Below are positions 56,163 to 64,000 of a DNA stretch of 64,000 nucleotides, piece by piece. This DNA is from Spirochaetia bacterium (lineage in GTDB: Bacteria; Spirochaetota; Spirochaetia; CAKZLE01). The translations under genes and the position numbers were made by a program. The notes below the pieces were generated by a model that saw only the letters and a program-made list of their open reading frames with translations, did no database searches and was not told the DNA's origin. Within the stretch, counting starts at the first letter, position 1. Each line of letters begins with the position of its first letter. Location of the stretch: assembly GCA_963677595.1 (NCBI GenBank), contig OY782041.1, forward strand, positions 3,488,001 through 3,552,000, in the 5' to 3' direction.

Positions 56163-56238
56163 TGATGAGACAGTCTACCGGTTTGCAGGGGTTATGGCTA
56201 GAGGGAAAGCGGTTATGTCAATTGGATGGTTTTACCAG

Positions 56239-57009
56239 TTAATCCACCACGATACAGGTCACTCCCTCTTGTGCAAGTCTTTCTGTTAACTTTCTGTCTG
56301 TTAGGGGTTTTTCCGTGATGATATAATCAAGCTTCGAGAATTCAGCAAAGAGGTTGATACCGGAATTTGAGAACTTGGAGGAATCAATGACTGCGAACAC
56401 AGTCTTCGATGATTCGATCATGCACATCTTGAGCGTAGCTTCAAAGAGACTCAGGGAAGCCATGCCAATATCTGGCTGAACGCCGCTGGCAGCAATGAAA
56501 GCTTTGTTCACTGCGACTTTCCGAAAAAAGGCTTCAGCATCCGGTCCCTGAGTGGACATGTTCTTGCTGAACAGGATACCACCGGAAAGGGAGACTGATA
56601 CTTCCGTATTGGCAAGGATATTTGCTACGGGGATGGAGTTAGTGAGAACCGAAAGGTTCTTCCTGTCTACCAGGAGTTTTGCAATCTCGATCGTGGTTGT
56701 CCCGGAGTCCAGGATGATCGAGTCCCCATCCTCGATGAACTTCACGGCTTCCGCAGCTATAAGCTGTTTTGCCCGCTTATGAATCTCGCAGCGTGCCTCA
56801 AAAGCGGTTAATTCACTCGTTCTCGTGATGTGAGCTTCGCCCCGCTTCCGGAAGATGAGATTCGCTTCTTCAAGCGCTGCCAGGTCTTTCCGTATCGTGG
56901 CGGTGGAGACATCAAACAGCGGGAAAAGTTCCTGTACGTTGACCGAAGTCTTCTCCTTTATGATCTCAAGAAGTTCCTGCTGGCGTTTTGTCATTTGTCT
57001 GCTTTTCAC
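56239..57009 (-). CDS. DeoR/GlpR-family regulator
   Basis: VSTATIRKDL, ILDSGTTT and IDSSKF. Start uncertain (57030, 57009 or 56994). Confidence 0.9.
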   Translation of the reverse strand: MKSRQMTKRQQELLEIIKEKTSVNVQELFPLFDVSTATIRKDLAALEEANLIFRKRGEAHITRTSELTAFEARCEIHKRAKQLIAAEAVKFIEDGDSIILDSGTTTIEIAKLLVDRKNLSVLTNSIPVANILANTEVSVSLSGGILFSKNMSTQGPDAEAFFRKVAVNKAFIAASGVQPDIGMASLSLFEATLKMCMIESSKTVFAVIDSSKFSNSGINLFAEFSKLDYIITEKPLTDRKLTERLAQEGVTCIVVD

Positions 57010-57309
57010 TCTACCACCCTCGTATCGCATATCCGGTTTCTATCTTATAAAAGCACATGAAACTAAAAGAAGTTCATATGAAAGATCTCTGCTCAGAATC
57101 ATCCCTGACCGTCTATACCATTTATCAGTATAATACAATACAAGTTAGGGTAATGCAAGTTTTATTATTCAATTATGCCTAGAAGTGAAAGATTATAAAA
57201 GAAAATAAAAACAAATAAAATAATATTTGACAGATAAGAAATGCTATGCAACAATAAAACAACCTAATGAACAAATAAACGTTACTGACAGGGAAACAGG
57301 AGAGGATGA

Positions 57310-58260
57310 ATGGGGATTATCTGTGTTGGGGAGATGGTTGCTGATATCGTGGTGCATCCGGTAGATGCGATTGACTTCACCGTAGACAGTATGCTGGTCG
57401 ATGATATAGCACTGAAGAGCGGTGGAGACGCATTGAATGTTTCGCTGAACCTGGCGAAACTTGGTGTGCCTGTAAGCTTTCAGGGTAAAGCAGGAAATGA
57501 TATGTTCGGGCAGTTCCTGCTGGATAATGCAGAACGGACAGGAGTAGATGTCTCCCGATGCAGCAGATCTGAGAAGCGTCCGAACTCCAAGGTCGTCGGT
57601 TTGGTTCGCGAGAATGGAGAACGATGCTTTCTTCATTACCACGGAAGCAATGAAGAACTCAGTCTGGACGATATAGACCAGGGCCTGTTTTCCACAGCCG
57701 AACATCTGCATATCGGAGGATTCTACCATCTCCCTGAATTCGATGGTAACCCAGCAGCAGCATTGCTGAAAGCTGCGAAAGAAGCAGGGCTTACCACGTC
57801 CATGGATGTAGCCTGGTCTCAGAAGGGGAAGTGGCTGGAACTGATCAGTCCCTCACTCCCATACCTGGATTATTTCATTCCCAGCTTGAATGAGGCTCAG
57901 GAGATCACTGGTGCGGAGAAACCTGAGGAGATCGCCACCATCCTTGCTGATCATGGGATATCTGTTGTCATACTGAAACTTGGAAGTGCCGGCAGCTTCT
58001 GCAGGACTGCAGAAAGATCTTTTTATAGCAGTGCCTTTCCATCACCCGCCCTTGATACGACTGGAGCTGGTGATGCGTTCGTCTCTGGGATACTCACAGG
58101 GTTGTACAGGAAGATGAACATCGAGGATGCAATCACTCTGGGTACCGCTGTTGCTGACTTTGTCGTGCGAAAGCTTGGTGCGACAGATGGTACTCCCGAT
58201 TTCGAGACAGTATCGAACTATATTCAGACTCAAGAGGAGCTTAAACGTACATATGTCTAA
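57310..58260 (+). CDS. PfkB-family carbohydrate kinase
   Basis: SGGDALN, GNDMFG and DTTGAGDAF. Confidence 0.9.
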   Translation: MGIICVGEMVADIVVHPVDAIDFTVDSMLVDDIALKSGGDALNVSLNLAKLGVPVSFQGKAGNDMFGQFLLDNAERTGVDVSRCSRSEKRPNSKVVGLVRENGERCFLHYHGSNEELSLDDIDQGLFSTAEHLHIGGFYHLPEFDGNPAAALLKAAKEAGLTTSMDVAWSQKGKWLELISPSLPYLDYFIPSLNEAQEITGAEKPEEIATILADHGISVVILKLGSAGSFCRTAERSFYSSAFPSPALDTTGAGDAFVSGILTGLYRKMNIEDAITLGTAVADFVVRKLGATDGTPDFETVSNYIQTQEELKRTYV

Positions 58261-59137
58261 ACAAGATGAGAATAAGAAACAGTCATTGATACATATTGCC
58301 GATTCAGCAGGTTTCGCCATACCGGCATTCAACTACTCTGACCTTTGGGAGTACCTGGCGATCGTAGAAGCTGCTGATGAACTTGATGCCTGTGTGTATA
58401 CTGCCTCGAACATGCAGTCGGTGGAGACGAACAGGGTAGAGTACTGCGGTGCCGTTGGGAAAGAAACCTTCTCCCTCACCTCCGGTACCGTTTTTAATCA
58501 CCTTGATCATTCCAAGAGTGTCGAACTCTGTCTGGCGGCTATCGACAGCGGGTATCAATCAGTGATGATCGATGCTTCTACAGAAACCCTGAAAAAGAAT
58601 ATTTCAATGGTGCTGCAGGTCGTGGAGTATGCGCATGCGAACGGGGTCCTGGTTGAGGCAGAGATCGGTAGGATCATGGGCTCGAACGAGGAAGGAACCT
58701 ATACCGGCGGGGCGTTCCTGGCCGATGTCGGGGAGTGTATCGAACTCGTGGAGAGGACAGGGGTGGATTCCTTAGCTGTTGGTATCGGGAATGCTCATGG
58801 CTTCTATAAGACAGAACCTAAGATCTATACGCAGCGGCTGAAAGAGATCAATGATGTGATAGAGATCCCGCTCGTCCTCCACGGGAGTACAGGAATACCG
58901 TATGACGTGGTCAAAGAATGTATTTCTCTGGGTATGGCAAAAGTCAATGTAGGAACCCTCCTGCACAGGACGTATCTTGACCAGCTTAAGCATGAACTGC
59001 TCTCGAATTCCGGAAATAACGTTATTGATGTGATGCTTCCGGTCAAAGAAGCGATCAAGGATGCTGTCAAGGAATGGATTCGCGTCTGTGCCGCAGACGG
59101 GACCAGAAAATTAATCATGAATGGGGTGGCTGTATGA
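58253..59137 (+). CDS. Class II ketose-bisphosphate aldolase
   Basis: HLDH, VEAEIG, GIGNAHG, LVLHGSTG and KVNVGT. Confidence 0.9.
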   Translation: MSKQDENKKQSLIHIADSAGFAIPAFNYSDLWEYLAIVEAADELDACVYTASNMQSVETNRVEYCGAVGKETFSLTSGTVFNHLDHSKSVELCLAAIDSGYQSVMIDASTETLKKNISMVLQVVEYAHANGVLVEAEIGRIMGSNEEGTYTGGAFLADVGECIELVERTGVDSLAVGIGNAHGFYKTEPKIYTQRLKEINDVIEIPLVLHGSTGIPYDVVKECISLGMAKVNVGTLLHRTYLDQLKHELLSNSGNNVIDVMLPVKEAIKDAVKEWIRVCAADGTRKLIMNGVAV

Positions 59138-60159
59138 AGATGAACGCTGTGCTGTATGAAGGGAACCCTGAGATGGTTCTACGAGAGATCGATGCTGCAC
59201 CTGTTGGTGACCACGATGTGCTGATCGAGATTGACACTGCGACTATCTGCGGTACGGACCTCCACATTCTCGACGGGAAGTTCGAGGTAGCTCCCCCTGT
59301 CGTTCTGGGACATGAATTCTCAGGCTACGTCAGGGAGACGGGAACCCTCGTCAAGAACTGCAAAGTCGGTGACCTGGTCTCGGTAGAACCCCATATCTAC
59401 TGCGGGGTCTGCAAGTACTGCAGGATCGGTAAACCGAATCTCTGCACCGATAGAAAGGCCTGGGGGATCCATCTCAATGGAGGGTTCGGGCAGTTCGTGA
59501 CGGCACGAGATGATACCGTCTACACGATCCCTGCAGAGAGCGGCATAACGGCTGAGGATGCTGCGTTGGCTGAGACTATCGGATGCTGTCTCAACGGGAT
59601 CCAGAATGCACGGATCAGTACTGGTGATACCGTAGTAATACTCGGAGGGGGTGCGGCAGGCATCTTGCTTGCAGAGTTGGCAGTACTCCGGGGAGCCGCG
59701 AAGCTGATCATATCAGAACCTTCTACACACAGGAGAGAGTTTCTCTCGAAACGGGGTTATACCAGGATAGTCGATCCGCTCAATGAATCACTGAAAGAGG
59801 TCGTCCTATCAATGACCGGGGGCTATGGTGCTGATGTAGTCATCGATGCCGCTGGAAGAAAGGAGACTGCGGAACAGACGGTTCACCTGCTGGGACGGGG
59901 TGGTCGTGCCGTCCTGTTCGGGGTGGTCGCCCCGGGGGTGAAGATCGAGATAGAGCCTAACTACCTCTATGCGAATGAGATCTCCCTGATCGGATCGGTT
60001 CGGAATCCGTACGTGCACCACCAGGTGATGGAGATCATGCCGAGAATGAACCTGGAGGGGATCATATCCCATCGGTTCCCCCTTGACCAGTTCGAGGATG
60101 CTTTCCGGGTAGCCAGGGGCGGTGATGGACTCAAGGTCGCAATCACCCCCAACAGATAG
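59134..60159 (+). CDS. Zn-dependent MDR polyol/sugar-acid dehydrogenase
   Basis: ICGTDLH, GHEFSG, CGVCKYC..C and GGGAAG. ATGA overlap. Confidence 0.9.
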   Translation: MKMNAVLYEGNPEMVLREIDAAPVGDHDVLIEIDTATICGTDLHILDGKFEVAPPVVLGHEFSGYVRETGTLVKNCKVGDLVSVEPHIYCGVCKYCRIGKPNLCTDRKAWGIHLNGGFGQFVTARDDTVYTIPAESGITAEDAALAETIGCCLNGIQNARISTGDTVVILGGGAAGILLAELAVLRGAAKLIISEPSTHRREFLSKRGYTRIVDPLNESLKEVVLSMTGGYGADVVIDAAGRKETAEQTVHLLGRGGRAVLFGVVAPGVKIEIEPNYLYANEISLIGSVRNPYVHHQVMEIMPRMNLEGIISHRFPLDQFEDAFRVARGGDGLKVAITPNR

Positions 60160-60210
60160 TTTTGAGCTAATAACAATGTATATTGTTAGAAATATAAAAT
60201 GGAGGAAATC

Positions 60211-61230
60211 ATGAAGAGAAAAATGTTAGCAGTGTTGGTCATCTTCTGTCTTGCAGGAGCAATGGTATTTGCTGCAGGTCAGTCAGAGAGTGAGGATGTG
60301 AAGCCGATTATCATCAAGGCATCACATTCGGATGCTACAGGACAGATCACGGATCAGAACTTCCAGTTGTTCAAGCAGATCGTGGAAGAGAAATCAGGCG
60401 GGAGACTTGAGGTACAGATCTACCCGTCGAACCAGCTTGGTAGTGAAGAAGAAGTCATCCAAGCCCTTGGCAGGGGTTCCATCGAGATGGGCCATGTGTA
60501 CACAGGTAATATCGTGCCGTTCGCACCATCTCTTGGAGTCCTGCAGCTTCCGTACCTGTTCGGGTCAGGCGATGAGTTTATGAAGACCTATCAGCTGATC
60601 AAGGATGACATCAATGAAGTGCTGATCAAAGAGGCAAACGTACGGGCCCTTGCTTACCATGAACGTGGACCCCGGGTACTCTCAAACTCAAAGAAGCCTG
60701 TGAAGACTATGGAAGACCTCAAGGGACTCAAGATCCGTGTTGGGCAGATCCCCCTTACCATAGACACCTTCAAGGCTTGGGGACTTGACCCAGTACCTAT
60801 GGCATGGTCGGAAGTGTTCCCTGCCCTTCAGCAGAAAGTTATCGACGGTCAGGAGAACCCCTATACCACCTTGTTCCAGCAGAAGTTCTATGAGGTCCAG
60901 AAGTACGTGACTGAGATCACCTATGCACTCTGGACAGGTCCTATCCTGATCTCCGAGACATTCTTCCAGAGCCTGCCGGAAGATCTCCAGCAGATACTTG
61001 TCGAGGCAGGAGATGAGGCCACAAAAGCCCATGCAGAGGCTTTCGCTATCATGGACAAGGAATCACGGGAAGGCTGCTTGGCAAACGGTATGGTGCTTCA
61101 GGGACCTCCGGATGACGTAGAACTCTGGGAAGAGCGTGCACGATCGATCTGGCCGAAATACTACGATCAGGTCGGCGGCGAAGATTGGGTGAATTACGTT
61201 CTCAGCAAAAAAGACGAAGCTACAAAATAA
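60211..61230 (+). CDS. dctP: TRAP transporter substrate-binding protein
   Basis: YPSNQLGSE, GLKIRV (carboxylate-binding Arg) and DGQENP. Confidence 0.92.
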   Translation: MKRKMLAVLVIFCLAGAMVFAAGQSESEDVKPIIIKASHSDATGQITDQNFQLFKQIVEEKSGGRLEVQIYPSNQLGSEEEVIQALGRGSIEMGHVYTGNIVPFAPSLGVLQLPYLFGSGDEFMKTYQLIKDDINEVLIKEANVRALAYHERGPRVLSNSKKPVKTMEDLKGLKIRVGQIPLTIDTFKAWGLDPVPMAWSEVFPALQQKVIDGQENPYTTLFQQKFYEVQKYVTEITYALWTGPILISETFFQSLPEDLQQILVEAGDEATKAHAEAFAIMDKESREGCLANGMVLQGPPDDVELWEERARSIWPKYYDQVGGEDWVNYVLSKKDEATK

Positions 61231-61295
61231 AACGAAGCGTAACCCCGCGGGGGCAGGATTCCTGTCCCCGCATCCTTGAGTGAAAAGAGGCAAGT

Positions 61296-61802
61296 ATGGC
61301 AGTTAAGAATGAAAAAGAGAAATACCCGCCAGAAGCGTATCTGGGGGTCTTTCTTTTCAGTGTCCTGGTAGTCCTCCTGACCATGCAGGTTGTATTGAGG
61401 TATGTATTCAATAAGAACCTGTCCTGGTCAGAAGAGTTATCCAGGATGGTGTATGTATGGGGAGTGTATATAAGTTTCTGTGTTGCCGGGGCGACACGAA
61501 AACATATACGTATTACCTTTCTCGTAGATAAGTTCTCGAATAGGGTCAAGAAGGTGATTATGTTCCTTGCGGACCTGGTTTGGATCATATTCAATATGAC
61601 CCTCGTGATACAGGGAGTCTTATACGTATTGAGCATGCGGCAGTATCCCTACATATCTGCGGGACTGGGGATCAACTATATGTATATCTATGCCATCGTC
61701 CCTATCGGGTTTCTCGTATTGACCATTCGTAACATCATGAACATGATCCATCGGTTCAGGGAGGGAGAGATCGTCCTCACTGACATGAGACAGGAATTGT
61801 AG
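61296..61802 (+). CDS. dctQ: TRAP small permease
   Basis: QVVLRYVF..SWSEEL and HIRI. Confidence 0.9.
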   Translation: MAVKNEKEKYPPEAYLGVFLFSVLVVLLTMQVVLRYVFNKNLSWSEELSRMVYVWGVYISFCVAGATRKHIRITFLVDKFSNRVKKVIMFLADLVWIIFNMTLVIQGVLYVLSMRQYPYISAGLGINYMYIYAIVPIGFLVLTIRNIMNMIHRFREGEIVLTDMRQEL

Positions 61803-61812
61803 GAGGTTCAGC

Positions 61813-63096
61813 ATGGTTGGTATCATACTTCTTCTGTCATTCATAGTCCCGTTGATGTTTGGCGTCCCGCTCGCTGTATCCATGGGGCTGCCGGCATTGC
61901 TCGGCTATGTCTTCAAGGCTATCCCGCTCAGTTACCTGGTCCAGGGTGCATATACGTCGGTTGATGCTTTCACCCTGATCGCCATCCCCATGTTCATCCT
62001 GGCCGGTAACCTGATGATGCATGGAGGACTTACTGAAGGCATCGTAAACTTCTCAAAAGAACTGGTGGGTAAGGCCACTGGCGGGCTCGCTGCGGTAACG
62101 ATCGTCGCCTGCACCTTCTTTGGTGCGATCTCAGGCTCAGGACCGGCGACGACTGCAGCTGTTGGGTCGATCCTGATCCCTGCCCTCATCAAGTCGAATT
62201 ATGACAAACCCTTTGCAGGTTCCATCGCGGCCTGTTCCGGGGGGATCGGGGCGGTAATCCCTCCGAGTATCCTGATGATCATGTATGCGATCACGGCCGA
62301 ACAGTCCCCGACAACCCTGTTCATAGCCGGGATCATTCCAGGGATACTCCTGGGAATCTTCCTGTATGGTGCAGTCTTCATCGTCTCCAAGAAGAGGAAC
62401 TACCAGTCGCAGGCGAACAAGATGAATGTCAAACGTGTCCTGAAGAGTATGTATGAGGCAAAATGGGGACTTCTATCCCCGCTCATCATCTTCGGGTTCA
62501 TCTATACCGGCATAACGACCGTTACGGAAGCTTCAGTCATCCTTGTCGTATATGCCTTTATTATCGGTGTGTTCGTCACCAAGAAATTGAACTTCAGCAA
62601 CATCTTCGACTCCCTCTACGGGATGTTGAAGACCGTCGGTGCGATCTTCTTTATTCTCACAACAGGGATGGCTCTCGGCAGGATCATTGCGATCTACCAG
62701 CTGCCGCAGATCCTGAGTGAAAGCTTATCGGTATTCGGGAATTTTTCCTTCGTCATGATCCTCATCATCGGGGCGATCCTCATCTTTGTGGGGATGTGGA
62801 TGGAATCAAATACGGCAATCATCATCCTGACGCCGCTGTTCTTGCCGCTGATGATGAATGCAGGCTTGCATCCGATACAGTTCGGGGTGATGTTCGTCAT
62901 AGCATGCGAAGTGGGGTTTGAGACTCCACCCATGGGAGCGAACCTCTTTGTGGCAAGTGAGCTGTCAGGAGCTTCGATAGAATCGATCAGTAAAGAAGCG
63001 ATCATCTTTGCCGGGGCTGAGATCATCGTGATGTTCCTGGTTGCATTCATACCTGAACTCTCGTTGTTCCTCCCAAGGGTCATGGGAATGCTGTAA
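61813..63096 (+). CDS. dctM: TRAP large permease
   Basis: AIPMFILAG, GAISGSGPA, IPPSI and TPPMGANLF. Confidence 0.92.
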   Translation: MVGIILLLSFIVPLMFGVPLAVSMGLPALLGYVFKAIPLSYLVQGAYTSVDAFTLIAIPMFILAGNLMMHGGLTEGIVNFSKELVGKATGGLAAVTIVACTFFGAISGSGPATTAAVGSILIPALIKSNYDKPFAGSIAACSGGIGAVIPPSILMIMYAITAEQSPTTLFIAGIIPGILLGIFLYGAVFIVSKKRNYQSQANKMNVKRVLKSMYEAKWGLLSPLIIFGFIYTGITTVTEASVILVVYAFIIGVFVTKKLNFSNIFDSLYGMLKTVGAIFFILTTGMALGRIIAIYQLPQILSESLSVFGNFSFVMILIIGAILIFVGMWMESNTAIIILTPLFLPLMMNAGLHPIQFGVMFVIACEVGFETPPMGANLFVASELSGASIESISKEAIIFAGAEIIVMFLVAFIPELSLFLPRVMGML

Positions 63097-63265
63097 ATAC
63101 ATAAGAGCTGAAACAAGAAATAACCAGAACGTTTCAGGCTAATCGGAAGAGATGCACATACATATTTCCCTTAATGTTTCATTACATTCTCTGTAAAGGA
63201 ATGGAAGGGGGAAAGTAGTGCCCAAAAACCACCTGTTTTGGTGAGAAGTCTAGGAAAGGAACAAT

Positions 63266-64000
63266 ATGGGAAACGGTTATCAATTACGCATGACTGACAT
63301 CACAAAGAGTTTCTATGGAGTTGAAGTCCTCCATCATGTTGATTTACATGTGAGGAAGGGCGAAATTCATGCATTGATTGGAGAGAATGGTGCCGGAAAA
63401 TCTACCTTGATGAAAATTCTCAGTGGAGCGTATCAAAAAGACTCGGGAGAAATTTATCTAGCCGATACTCTTATTGAGGTTGATTCACCAAAGAAAGGTA
63501 TCCAATTGGGAATTGGTATTATTTATCAGGAACTGGAACTTGCTGAAGAACTGACTGTTGCTGAGAACATTTTCCTTGACCAGATTGGTGAAGGATCATT
63601 ATTTGTTAACTGGAAAAAACTTAAGCAGAAAGCCGAGAAAGTGCTGGCCGAACTTGATCTTCATATCGATGTAAATCGGGAAATTAAGCAATACAATATT
63701 GCATATCAGCAGATTGTTGAGATTGCCAAGGCAATCTCAAAAGATATAAAGATTCTTATCTTGGATGAACCAACCTCTTCACTAGCCCCGAAAGAAGTAG
63801 AATTACTTTTCAAAATTCTGGATAAACTTAAAAATAGGGGAGTAAGCATCATTTATATCTCTCACAGGATGGAAGAGATCTTCAGAATCTGTGATTCATT
63901 TACCACCTTGCGGGATGGGAAAGTTACCGGTGAAGGACGAGTGGCTGATTATACAATTGAAAACATAGTTGAGTTGATGATCGGCAGAAGCCTTAATGAG
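63266..64000 (+). CDS. Sugar ABC transporter ATP-binding protein (partial, runs off the window)
   Basis: Manual translation: MGNGYQLRMTDITKSFYGVEVL...GENGAGKSTLMKIL...LDEPT...ISHRMEE. Noticeably AT-rich. Confidence 0.9.
   Translation, partial: MGNGYQLRMTDITKSFYGVEVLHHVDLHVRKGEIHALIGENGAGKSTLMKILSGAYQKDSGEIYLADTLIEVDSPKKGIQLGIGIIYQELELAEELTVAENIFLDQIGEGSLFVNWKKLKQKAEKVLAELDLHIDVNREIKQYNIAYQQIVEIAKAISKDIKILILDEPTSSLAPKEVELLFKILDKLKNRGVSIIYISHRMEEIFRICDSFTTLRDGKVTGEGRVADYTIENIVELMIGRSLNE

Overview
A gene-dense bacterial window, probably from an anaerobic spirochaete. This is inferred from FAAGAQE/FAAGQSE-type signal peptides, spirochaete-like lipoboxes, a reverse rubrerythrin and a glycyl-radical enzyme. 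It holds about 70 CDSs, and I saw no rRNA, tRNA, CRISPR array, integrase or transposase. Main blocks, in order: partial argG with ARG boxes; an ABC exporter; rubrerythrin-PerR; ackA; a His-rich MarR with a DmeF-like metal exporter; an IclR-controlled ~12 kb glycyl-radical (PflD-like) sugar-catabolic operon; a coupled wecE-GT2-ATP-grasp-SsuABC-like operon facing a GT-C transferase; a sulfur-relay operon; a LacI-controlled GH15-like/GH66 alpha-glucan locus; and a DeoR-kinase-aldolase-dehydrogenase-TRAP locus. The window ends in a low-GC partial sugar ABC ATPase. Three loci are the best candidates for undescribed systems. (1) The PflD-like GRE operon has an ABC importer, two PfkB kinases, an amidohydrolase, YjbQ and a lyxose isomerase, but no Fsa aldolase. 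(2) The sulfur relay has split YeeE, duplicated TusA, a TrxR-Trx fusion and two rhodanese lipoproteins. (3) The amino-sugar acylation/GT-C envelope-modification locus has its own importer. All family calls come from motif recognition and memory, not database searches.
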